A stretch of 59,244 nucleotides of DNA, the filler included. It is 5 parts of 5 records of this genome, joined end to end, with 100 filler letters (N's around TTAATTAATTAA, not from the genome) between each part and the next. Parts side by side here need not be neighbours in the genome. Positions count along the whole stretch, not along the records: positions 36,990 to 42,712 come from SRR2962707_930; positions 42,813 to 48,977 come from SRR2962707_931; positions 49,078 to 59,244 come from SRR2962707_934; 2 more parts are not named here. The stretch is one strand, 5' to 3'. Under the pieces are notes generated by a model. The model was not told the DNA's origin and ran no database searches. It saw only the letters and a list, made by a program, of their open reading frames with translations. The position numbers and the translations under genes were made by a program. Below are positions 40,022-49,327 of this stretch, in pieces. The number at the start of each line of letters is the position of its first letter. The first letter of the stretch is position 1.

Positions 40022-42528
40022 TTACTTCTTCCCTTCCTGGAAAGCTGGCCATGACCAGTGCGAATTCTTCTTGGTTTCAGAGCATGGTTCTAAAACCAAA
40101 GAATTCTTCTTGATCGCTACACACTTGGCACCAGCGCGACTTGCACCACCGAGTCCCATCGACAGTTGCCCAGTCTCGTCGTCAAACGTCCAGTATGACT
40201 CATCGTTTTGGCTACACATTTTGAACCGGAAGTCTGAACCCGTCACGCAGAGGTCGAGGTCATCAGTTGCGCTCCAATGACCGTTTGCAAAAAGAATGAA
40301 AGCCTATTGTGCGTATTGCACCATGTGAGAGTAATAAATTGCTGGGGTCACAGCGCCATTGGAACGCCGACAGGCACCCACAAGATGGTCAAGACCATAC
40401 CTGCGACCCGCCCATGCCGTGGCAGGAATACGTTCCGATGGCTTGATTTCGGCCATGGTGCAACGTGTCAACGCACATCTGCAAGCCAGTTGCTGCGAAA
40501 GGCGGGGGCGAGCTTCCTTTTTGCCAAGGATGGAACTGCATGGGGCCGAGGTGATCAAGATCTTGCAGCGACCGGATTTTCGATTCGGGATACACGTTTT
40601 CAAGAAACCAACCGAACGACTTGCACTGCCAAAGGCATGGTCAAGCAAAGGGTTGGGACACAGAGAACAGCCATGCACACACCAGAGCACACCAGAACAC
40701 ACACACCAAAGCACCTCTTCAAAAATACACGAAACAATGGCCCAGAAAATCGCGGAAACGATCAAATCGTTCGCGTCAAAGTAGTCTTCACGAGGAATTC
40801 TCACCTGCAGACGCTCTCTCAACGCGACCATTTCTGAAATATCCTCTCGAACCTCGACCATCTCGGCCTTGCGCTCTGGAGTAAAGCCAAGACCATACTC
40901 AACGACCGGAGCAAACTCGTCCATCCAAATTGCTGCGGTTCGCAGCTTGTTTTTCGCCAAGTGCGTCCCTGGCATGTCATACGCCGAGCCGCCGTGTCGA
41001 AACACGTGGTAGACTCGGCTACACGGCATGCATTCAAGCAACCCCCCACATTGCCAAATCCGAAACGAAAACTCAATGTTCTCTGTGCCCCAAAAGCCCC
41101 ACTTGCGGTCATATCCGCCCAAATGCATGAAATAATCTTTCCGAGCACTGAAAAGGCCGCCTGCCATGGTCGGGGATCGAATGCTATCAACGGCTGAGTC
41201 ACGGCGTACCTGCTCCTGATGCTGGAGTGGAATGACGTGCTCAATCAGAGACCACAGAAATCCCAACGAGCAGCCAATTCCGCCTCGTCGGGGCGTGAAT
41301 GTCGCCGAGTCCGTAGAGTCAATCATGGGCATGACAACGGAATGAGGGCTCTCTCCGATCTGTTGCATCAATGGCTCCAGCCAACCCGTCTGCGCCTCGA
41401 TGTGACTGTCGAGGATCGTAAAGGTTTCAGCTGTGGCCTCCTCTACTCCACGTAGGCGAGCCTCCACGAGCCCAAGTCTCGCAGGCTGGCGATAGAGCCG
41501 AACTTTCGCAGGGAGAAGCTTGATGTACTCTTCGAGTTGTGCCCCAAGTTCAGGACGGGTCTGTAGGTCACTAAAGTCATCGATCAGTACGATTTCTTTC
41601 AACAATTGCGGCGGGGATCGATTCAAAACCGAGTGGATAGACCGCAGCAGTGTCGAGAGAGCCTCGTTGCAGAACACGAACACCACCGTCGTCTGAGGCA
41701 TGGATCCAAGGTCGTAGTCCAGCGCCTTGCACTGTGCATCACGATTGGCAGGCACCGTGCGGTCGAGGCTCAAGCTGTCGCTGAGTTCTCTTGAGGACCA
41801 GTACCAACACGAGGGAAAATGTCACCAGAGACATGTCGTGCACCCAAAACAACACACAGGGCCAAGGCACGCGGCGTCGATGTTGCAGGATAGCACGAAT
41901 GAATCAACGCATCAACAGCAGGAAAAATATCACCAAAAACCCGAAAAACACGAAGGCACCATCAACTTTGCAATGGCTTTTCAGGATAGCGCAAATGAAC
42001 CAGCACAGACGGCAGTTCCTACCTGAAAAATCCGTTGTTCTTGACATCCTCGGCAGTTGCAGCTCGGTTCGGTGGGGGCCCCATCTTCCAACCCGGAGTA
42101 CCGTCGGCACGAACACCCAGCCGCCCGTGCAGCTTCTCCGGTCCAAAGGGGCCTCGAAGTGGTGCCTCCCCCCGCACGATTTTGATTCCGTTCTTGTCCA
42201 CAGACCGGGAATCTTCATCATTATCGAGTCGGCTGTAACTATCATCTGACATCTGCTGCTGCTGCTGCTGCTGCTTTCGCAGTTCGGCAGCAGACGGATG
42301 GGCTTGAGAACGAACTTGGTCTATCTGTTCTCGCAGATCTTCCACGGTGGCACGAGCGATGACACCGACACCACCCACGCCCACGTCATCCGGTGCAAAG
42401 GACAACAAGAACCGCATCCCAAAGAGCACCAGCAGCGCGTACACGGCCGCCACCGCGAGCAGAACCCGCAAATTCCACCCTTTGGACTGCTGGGCTCGCG
42501 CCGCCTGCGAGTGCCGCGGCGGAGGCAT
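40022..42528 (-). CDS. Polypeptide N-acetylgalactosaminyltransferase (GT27) with ricin-type lectin domain (about 4 exons)
   Basis: Type II TM helix, polyQ stem, FCNEA, LIDDFS, DSH, PTMAGGLF, WGTEN, PCSRVYH, LQ|CKSFGWFLENVYPE, CHGMGGSQ. Confidence 0.92.
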
Positions 42529-42712
42529 CGCCACGCAAAAAAAACGACAAGTTGAAGTTGAAAAACTAACTACTCTCCAGAGCGGTGGGTCTTCTCACGC
42601 CCTTTCCGTCTCTGCGCGCGAAGTTCAAGCCCTTGCTTGCGTCAATGTCGAAGAAGACCCAACACGGACGCCCTTCAGGATCGAGAAAAAGAAAGAAAAA
42701 AAAAAAAAAAAA

Positions 42713-42812
42713 NNNNNNNNNNNNNNNNNNNNNNNNNNNNNNNNNNNNNNNNNNNNTTAATTAATTAANNNNNNNNNNNNNNNNNNNNNNNNNNNNNNNN
42801 NNNNNNNNNNNN
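42713..42812. other. Artificial contig spacer (preceded by an A-tract at 42686-42712)
   Basis: N44-TTAATTAATTAA-N44. Confidence 0.99.
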
Positions 42813-42840
42813 CTGTGGGAAGCTGCCTTGGCAGCGAATC
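42813..42840 (+). repeat. REP-like palindrome
   Basis: ctGTGGgaa-GCTGCC-tt-GGCAGC-gaat. Confidence 0.7.
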
Positions 42841-42862
42841 AAGATGTGGATGTGCCAGCCAA

Positions 42863-43402
42863 TCAGTACAAAGGCGCGTTTCTTTCCAGATCGTTGAGAG
42901 CGCTCAGAAAGCGCTTGCGCTCGCGCTTGAAGCGTTCACGTTGCTCCTGTTCAGCGGCGCCGGGATCGTCCAGACGCGCCTTGATCAGATTGCGTGCCTG
43001 ATTGCGCAGCGCCTGGCGGTCCGCCCGCGGATAGAACTCGAGGATCTGCTGAATCACCGGTTCCGCTTCCTTGGCTGAAGCCGCCGCCACGACCTGCTCG
43101 GTCCACTGCAGCAGGCGCTGCTGCCGTACCGGGTCCTTGAGCGCGGCCAGGGCGGAGAGAATGGCATCGGTTTCGGCATCACGGATCAGGCGGCCGACAA
43201 ACAACGCATGACGGCGTTGGGCATCGGCGTTGGTGATGCGGCGGGCCTCTTCCAGTGCCCGCCGCAACGGGTCATTGAGCGGCAGCCGCGCCTGTTGCGC
43301 CGGTTTCAGCGCCATGATGTCCAGCCCGGTCTGCTGCAGCTCCGACATTTCCTGTTTGAGCTGCGTTTTGCTGGGAGGTAGGGGCTCGTTATACTCGGTC
43401 AT
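42863..43402 (-). CDS. yjgA: Ribosome biogenesis factor YjgA/DarP (DUF615)
   Basis: PSKTQLKQEM.ELQ, GRLIR, ADRQALRN; divergent from pmbA. Confidence 0.88.
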   Translation of the reverse strand: MTEYNEPLPPSKTQLKQEMSELQQTGLDIMALKPAQQARLPLNDPLRRALEEARRITNADAQRRHALFVGRLIRDAETDAILSALAALKDPVRQQRLLQWTEQVVAAASAKEAEPVIQQILEFYPRADRQALRNQARNLIKARLDDPGAAEQEQRERFKRERKRFLSALNDLERNAPLY

Positions 43403-43468
43403 TGTCCATGGGAGCCGGTCCGCCGCGACACGAACGCTCCGCCATCAAGCTGAAGGAAACCCTATTTT

Positions 43469-44824
43469 ATGTCCGATCACCCCCGTCCGTCAGCCGATCT
43501 CGGCCCAAATCAGTTGAATGCGGCCAAGGACACAGTGGCTTTTGTACTGGAAGAAGCGCGCCGACAGGGCGCCAGCAATGCGGAAGTCGGCTTGTCTCTG
43601 TCTCAGGGGTTGTCGGTGGATGTCCGTCTCGGTGAGGTGGAAACGGTGGAGTTTCATCGCGACCGGGGTGTGTCGGTGACGGTGTACTTCGGCCATCGCA
43701 AGGGGCAGGCCAGCACTTCGGATGACCGCCGCGAAAGCCTCTGCGACGCGGTGCGCGCGGCCTGCGCCATTGCCCGCCATACCGAGGAGGATCCCCACGC
43801 GGGTATCGCCGATGCCAGCCTGCTGGCGGATCAGGTGCCGGATCTGGATTTGTATCACCCCTGGACCTTGACCACCGACCAGGCCATCGAACAGGCGCGG
43901 CGGTGTGAGGCGGTGGCTCGTGATGATGCCCGCATCGTCAATTCCGAGGGGGCCTCTCTCAGCACCGGCGCCAGTCTGTACGTGTTGGGCACCAGTGCTG
44001 GTTTTCTGCAAGGTTTCGCCGGCACCCATCACAGCCGCAGTTGCGCGGTGGTGGCTCAGGATGAGGCCGGCATGCAGCGGCAATTCTGGTACGACAGCGG
44101 CCGGCGCGCGGAACGGCTGGCCAGTCCGGAGCAGGTCGGCGAAAAGGCCCGTGAGCGTACATTGGCGCGGCTGGGGGCCGAGGTGCCCGTCACCGGCGAG
44201 TTTCCGCTGCTGTTCTCGGCGGAAATGGCGAGTGGACTGATTGGCCATTTGATCGGGGCGATCAGCGGCGGTTCGCTGTACCGGCGCGCCTCTTTCCTGT
44301 GTGACGCACTCGGCTCCCGGGTGTTGCCCGAGGGCTTCCGTTTGGGGGAGCGGCCGTTGATGGCGGCCGGTAACGGTTCCACCCCTTTCGATGGCGATGG
44401 GCTGCCCACCCGGGACCAGGATTTCATCGAGGATGGCGAGCTCAAAGGCTATGCCCTGGGTCTGTATGCGGCTCGCCGGCTGGGAATGTCACCCACCGGT
44501 AACGGAGGTGGAGTACATAACGTCATTCTGAGCGACACCGGGGAAAGCCAGGAAGCTCTGTTGCGCCGCCTGGGAACGGGAATTCTGGTCACCGAAGTGA
44601 TGGGACAAGGTGTGAACCTCGTCACAGGAGACTATTCTCGCGGCGCCGCGGGGTTCTGGGTGGAAAACGGGGTTATACAGCGACCATTGCAAGAGTTTAC
44701 TATTGCCGGAAATCTGAAGGACATGTTCGGAGGCGTTCTGGGCAGTGGCACGGATGTGGATCGAAGGGGGAATATCCACTGTGGTTCGTTACTGTTGTCG
44801 CCCATGAAAGTCGCCGGGCGCTAG
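43469..44824 (+). CDS. pmbA: TldD/PmbA family metalloprotease subunit PmbA
   Basis: VRLGEVETVEF, DLDLYHPW, PFDGDG, GQGVNLVTGDYSRGA.GFWVENG, TIAGNL. Confidence 0.95.
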   Translation: MSDHPRPSADLGPNQLNAAKDTVAFVLEEARRQGASNAEVGLSLSQGLSVDVRLGEVETVEFHRDRGVSVTVYFGHRKGQASTSDDRRESLCDAVRAACAIARHTEEDPHAGIADASLLADQVPDLDLYHPWTLTTDQAIEQARRCEAVARDDARIVNSEGASLSTGASLYVLGTSAGFLQGFAGTHHSRSCAVVAQDEAGMQRQFWYDSGRRAERLASPEQVGEKARERTLARLGAEVPVTGEFPLLFSAEMASGLIGHLIGAISGGSLYRRASFLCDALGSRVLPEGFRLGERPLMAAGNGSTPFDGDGLPTRDQDFIEDGELKGYALGLYAARRLGMSPTGNGGGVHNVILSDTGESQEALLRRLGTGILVTEVMGQGVNLVTGDYSRGAAGFWVENGVIQRPLQEFTIAGNLKDMFGGVLGSGTDVDRRGNIHCGSLLLSPMKVAGR

Positions 44825-44889
44825 CTGTTTTTCGTCTTTCAGAATGATTATTCACTGTTTGGCTTAACCAAGGACAAGGAGCATACATT

Positions 44890-45819
44890 ATGGAATCCAA
44901 TAATCCATATCAGGGGCCCAGCGCGGATGTGCTGGTGACACAGGCGGGATCGGGAACGGTAGGGCAGGCGCAGAAGCGGCCGGTGGGGAACGGCGGCGTC
45001 TGGTGGGCACAGGCTTGGCAGATCGTGCGTCAGAACAAGTTGATGTGGGCATTGGCCACTTTCGTTTTCCTGCTGATTTTCATGGCCATCGGTTTGATCA
45101 CCGCGTTCATTCCTTTTATCGGTACTTTCATTCCCACCCTGTTCGCGCCGGTATTCGTCGTCGGCTTGTATTTCATTGCCCACAGGGTACGTGAGCAAAA
45201 CACGTTTTCCTTCGGTGACCTTTTCGTCGGATTTTCCAATCAGACCGGGCCGCTGTTCATGGCCGGTCTGGCGCAGATCGTGGCGATGCTGGTCTTTTTT
45301 GTTTTGATCGGCATTCTTGGCGCCCTGTTCTTTGGCAGTGAACTGATGATGATGTTCAGCTCCTTTGCCGACCCCTACGCCGCGCCCATGATGAACCCGG
45401 CCTTTGGCATCGCCAAGATGATCCTGTTCGGCCTGGTCTCTCTGTTGTTGATCATTCCCTACATGGCGGCGATCTGGTTCCAGGTGCCTTTGGTGTTCTT
45501 CGGGCAACGCAATGCGTTCGCGGCCATGGTGGAAAGCTTCACCGCGGTATTCCGTAATTTCCTGGCCATGCTGTGGTACGGCATCATCGGCTTCCTGATT
45601 TTCCTGGTGCTGGGTATCGCGGCGGCGATCATTGTCGGAGTGATTACCGGGGTGCTCGGACAGGGCGTGATCAGCGGTATTCTGATGTTCGTGTTCGGTG
45701 TGGTGATGCTGTTGGTGATGTTGGTGCTGATGGCTCTGTACTCCGCCACCATCTATTGCTCGTTCCGCGATATCTTCGAGTTGGGTGAAGCCGCGCCGCG
45801 GCAGCCTGCCTCTGTCTGA
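44890..45819 (+). CDS. BPSS1780-like multi-pass membrane protein
   Basis: N-terminal NPYQGPSA, G..WW..AW, several TM helices, IYCSFRDIF. Confidence 0.75.
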   Translation: MESNNPYQGPSADVLVTQAGSGTVGQAQKRPVGNGGVWWAQAWQIVRQNKLMWALATFVFLLIFMAIGLITAFIPFIGTFIPTLFAPVFVVGLYFIAHRVREQNTFSFGDLFVGFSNQTGPLFMAGLAQIVAMLVFFVLIGILGALFFGSELMMMFSSFADPYAAPMMNPAFGIAKMILFGLVSLLLIIPYMAAIWFQVPLVFFGQRNAFAAMVESFTAVFRNFLAMLWYGIIGFLIFLVLGIAAAIIVGVITGVLGQGVISGILMFVFGVVMLLVMLVLMALYSATIYCSFRDIFELGEAAPRQPASV

Positions 45820-45865
45820 TTCGCTCAGCACGACATTGCCCGGTGCTTGTCGATACCGGGATCCT

Positions 45866-45900
45866 CGCCGGGCGGTTTGATACCGCCCGGCGTTCGTTTG
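45866..45900 (+). terminator. Candidate intrinsic terminator
   Basis: CGCCGGGCGGT-ttgat-ACCGCCCGGCG followed by TTCGTTTG. Confidence 0.6.
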
Positions 45901-45927
45901 AGGACGTGAATGGCGAAAGGAGAGGCC

Positions 45928-47613
45928 ATGGCGATCATCGGTATTGATCTGGGTACCACCAACAGCGCATGTGGTGTGTGGACCGGGCAAGGGGTGGAGC
46001 TGATTTCCAACCGGCTGGGCGACGTGCTGACACCGTCCGTGGTGGGCGTCGATGGCAGCGGAGAGATCATGGTGGGCCGCACCGCCCGCCAACGGCTGAT
46101 TCACCATAGTGATAGAACGGTGGCGGCGTTCAAACGTCTCATGGGCACCGACCACAAGGTGACCCTTGGCGATCAGCGTTTCAGCGCCACCGAGCTGTCC
46201 TCCCTGGTGTTGCGCTCGCTCAAGGAAGATGCCGAGACGTACCTGGGGGAGCCGGTGACGGAAGCGGTGATCAGCGTTCCCGCCTATTTCAACGATAACC
46301 AGCGCCATGCCACCAAACAGGCGGCGGAGCTGGCGGGACTGACGGTCAGGCGGCTGATTAATGAGCCCACCGCCGCGGCCATGGCTTATGGTCTCCACGA
46401 GAAGCAGGAAGGGTTGTTTCTGATTCTCGATCTGGGGGGCGGTACTTTCGATGTGTCGTTGCTGGAATTCTTCGATGGCGTGATGGAAGTGCACGCCAGT
46501 GCCGGCGACAACTTCCTGGGCGGTGAGGATTTCGTCGATGCCATGATCGACGATGTGCTGGCCGAACATGAGCTGAGCCGGGACGCCTTGCCGGCCAGTG
46601 AGATGCAGAATCTGTATCTGCAAATGGAAGGCGCCAAACGCCGGCTGGGCAATGCCCAGACTCTGAGCCTGAAGCTGGGGGACCGGGAGGTGACCCACGA
46701 GGTGACGCCGGAGTGGTTCGCCCGTGTTGTCACGCCTCTGCTGCTGAGAGTGAAGCACCCCATAGAAAGGGCACTGCGGGATGCCAATTTGCATCCTGAC
46801 AAGGTGGATGACGTGGTCTTGGTGGGCGGCTCCACCCGTCTCGCGTTGTTCCGCTCCACCGTCGGCAAGATGTTCGGCCGGCTGCCGTCCTGTCATCTGG
46901 ATCCGGATACGGTGGTCGCCGTGGGCGCGACCATCCAGGCCGGCCTGCTGGCGCGGGGGGAAGGGCTGGACGACGTGGTGCTTACCGATGTCTGTCCCTA
47001 TACGCTCGGCACCGGAGTGATCAACGAGGACAACCCCCGGTTGGGCGATTACTTTCTGCCGATCATCGAACGCAACAGCGTGGTGCCGATCAGCGTGGAG
47101 CGTCATCTGTCCACCGCGTCCGACAACCAAACCAAGATGAAGATCCGGATCTATCAGGGCGAAAACCGTCTGGTGGAGAAGAACGTTTATCTGGGCGAAT
47201 TGAGCGTGACGGTGCCCAAGGGGCCGCGTGGACAGGAAAGCGTGATCGTCCGTTACAGCTATGACATGAACGGTCTTCTGGAAGTGGACGTGAAGGTGGA
47301 GTCCACCGGCAAGACCTATTATCAGTTGATCGAACATACGCCGGGTGCCTTGAGCGAAGACGACAAGGCAAGATCCCTGCAACGTCTGGCGGCGTTGAAG
47401 TTCCACCCCCGGGACGGCGAGGAAAACCGTGCCCTGCTGGCTCGCGGGGAACGGCTGTATGAGTCCAGTCTGGGAGACCGTCGGGAGTTCATCGCTGATC
47501 TGATGGGGCGGTTCGAGCAGGTTCTGGACCGGCAAAATCCACTGGACATCGCCCGGGTCCAAAAGGAGGTCAAGGAGGCATTGGACAGCCTGGAAAGTGA
47601 GGATTGGTTCTGA
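45928..47613 (+). CDS. hscC: Hsp70-family chaperone HscC
   Basis: GIDLGTTNS, VPAYF, NEPTAAA, DLGGGTFDVS, short C-terminus with LKFHPR; about 560 aa. Confidence 0.92.
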   Translation: MAIIGIDLGTTNSACGVWTGQGVELISNRLGDVLTPSVVGVDGSGEIMVGRTARQRLIHHSDRTVAAFKRLMGTDHKVTLGDQRFSATELSSLVLRSLKEDAETYLGEPVTEAVISVPAYFNDNQRHATKQAAELAGLTVRRLINEPTAAAMAYGLHEKQEGLFLILDLGGGTFDVSLLEFFDGVMEVHASAGDNFLGGEDFVDAMIDDVLAEHELSRDALPASEMQNLYLQMEGAKRRLGNAQTLSLKLGDREVTHEVTPEWFARVVTPLLLRVKHPIERALRDANLHPDKVDDVVLVGGSTRLALFRSTVGKMFGRLPSCHLDPDTVVAVGATIQAGLLARGEGLDDVVLTDVCPYTLGTGVINEDNPRLGDYFLPIIERNSVVPISVERHLSTASDNQTKMKIRIYQGENRLVEKNVYLGELSVTVPKGPRGQESVIVRYSYDMNGLLEVDVKVESTGKTYYQLIEHTPGALSEDDKARSLQRLAALKFHPRDGEENRALLARGERLYESSLGDRREFIADLMGRFEQVLDRQNPLDIARVQKEVKEALDSLESEDWF

Positions 47614-48938
47614 TGGATCCCTGGCGCGTCCTGGGGCTCGAAGCCACCGAGGATACCCGGGCGGTCAAACGTGCCTACGCGCGCTTGCTGAAAAGCACCC
47701 GCCCGGATGAGCATCCGCAGCAATTCCAGGCTTTGCACGCCGCTTACAAACGTGCCCTGGGCCTTGCCGAGCAACGTGCCCGTGCCGCTGCCGCCGGTGA
47801 TACGGAGCTGGAAACGGAAACCGGGAAGCGAACGGAGAAGGCATTCACTGCCACGGCCGCCGGGACTCAGCCGCTTCCGCCCGAGACACCGGAATGGGCG
47901 GCGCCGGTGGTTCCGGATGGTCCGCCAGCGGCACCGGTGGAACCTGAGCCGGCGTTCCTGGATCAGCCTCCCCCGCCGGCGCGGGACCCGGAGCCGGCCT
48001 GGGCCGCGGCACGTGAGCAGGAGGAAGAACGGGAGCCGGAAGAAGACGAGTGGCTGGCGGCCAGTCGTGAACACGAACGGCTGTTGACCCAGTGCCAGGC
48101 TTTGCTGGAGCGCGAGGGGCAGCCGGCTGAGGAGAAGGAATGGCGTTTCCTCGCCAACAGTCCCTGGATGCTGGATAGCGCCTTTCACCATGGTTTGGGT
48201 GATGCCCTGATGGCGCGGCTGGTGGAACGGCTTCGGCAGCAGGATAACAAGCCGCCTCTGGATGCGGTGATACTGGCTTATTTGAACAGCCTGTTTGATT
48301 GGGAAGGGCGTCGTGGCTTGCTGGCGGCCCGTTTTGGCGATACCGCCATGGATCGGGTATTGGCCCCCCTGGATACGAATTCTTCCGGCGATCAGGCCTT
48401 ATTACAGGGGTTGCGTGGTGGCAAGGAGACGGTGCCGCCCTCCCGTCAGGCAAACACCGAGCCGGCCCCCGAAACCCTTTATTTCACCGGCATGACCCTG
48501 CGTATGGTCGCTATCGTCATCGATCTGCTGGTAGTGGCGGCGCTGTTGGTCATGCCGATATGGGTGGTGAGCATCGTGGTGGCGGATTTCAACGGAACAG
48601 GGGGCGACATCAGTCTTGAGTCGTTCATGGGCGTCTTTCTGATACTTGCCGCGCCAGCCTATTTGCTAATGGCGTTGGTCATGGAGGCAGGGCCCGGGCA
48701 GGCGACGCCGGGGAAACGGATGCTGGGGCTCAGGGTGACGAGCCTGGAGTTTGAGCGGTTGTCATTTCCGCACAATTTGTGGCGGGTCATGGCGTTCGTG
48801 GTGGTCAATGCGCTGACCAGCAAAGTGGTGATCCTGGTGAACCTGTTCCTGAAAGGGAACCTCCTGCACGATCGCGTCAGCCGCAGTTATGTCATCAACT
48901 GGGCGCGCAGTCAGAGGGAGCAGAAAGACGGGCAGTAG
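47613..48938 (+). CDS. J-domain co-chaperone fused to a C-terminal RDD domain
   Basis: PWRVLGL...VKRAYARLLK.TRPD..P..FQ; R...IVID, QATPGKRMLGLRV, LHDRVSRS; TGATG overlap with hscC. Confidence 0.85.
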   Translation: MDPWRVLGLEATEDTRAVKRAYARLLKSTRPDEHPQQFQALHAAYKRALGLAEQRARAAAAGDTELETETGKRTEKAFTATAAGTQPLPPETPEWAAPVVPDGPPAAPVEPEPAFLDQPPPPARDPEPAWAAAREQEEEREPEEDEWLAASREHERLLTQCQALLEREGQPAEEKEWRFLANSPWMLDSAFHHGLGDALMARLVERLRQQDNKPPLDAVILAYLNSLFDWEGRRGLLAARFGDTAMDRVLAPLDTNSSGDQALLQGLRGGKETVPPSRQANTEPAPETLYFTGMTLRMVAIVIDLLVVAALLVMPIWVVSIVVADFNGTGGDISLESFMGVFLILAAPAYLLMALVMEAGPGQATPGKRMLGLRVTSLEFERLSFPHNLWRVMAFVVVNALTSKVVILVNLFLKGNLLHDRVSRSYVINWARSQREQKDGQ

Positions 48939-48955
48939 ACCGGACCACGGAGCCG

Positions 48956-48977
48956 CTGTGGGAGCCAGCCTGCTGGC
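48956..48977 (+). repeat. REP-like palindrome truncated by contig end
   Basis: ctGTGGga-GCCAGC-ct-GCTGGC. Confidence 0.7.
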
Positions 48978-49077
48978 NNNNNNNNNNNNNNNNNNNNNNN
49001 NNNNNNNNNNNNNNNNNNNNNTTAATTAATTAANNNNNNNNNNNNNNNNNNNNNNNNNNNNNNNNNNNNNNNNNNNN
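48978..49077. other. Artificial contig spacer (followed by (AG)n at 49079-49106)
   Basis: N44-TTAATTAATTAA-N44. Confidence 0.99.
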
Positions 49078-49327
49078 AAGAGAGAGAGAGAGAGGGAGAG
49101 AGAGAGATCTTCTCCACGGTTTCGATATTCACGTTTATTTGTTTTCATCCATCCATTCGTTCGTTTCTTCTTCACTTTTGTGCTGCCTTTGCATCACTTT
49201 GGCACGACTCGAGTTTCGGAATCGACGCGTTTGACGAACGCTCAAGCTCTTTTTTTCTTTTTCTTTTCTCCTTCGTGTGCGTAGGGAATGGCGTGAGACC
49301 GATAGCTCCGTTCCAATATCGATCAAG

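Noticed and set aside
42686-42712. Poly(A) tail suggesting cDNA (also the T-tract at 59218-59244)
   Set aside because: The genes retain introns and the tracts lie upstream of gene starts, so they are genomic homopolymers.
44848-47562. 904-aa ORF on the minus strand
   Set aside because: Antisense shadow of hscC and the membrane gene. Long antisense ORFs opposite Hsp70 genes are a known codon-bias artefact.
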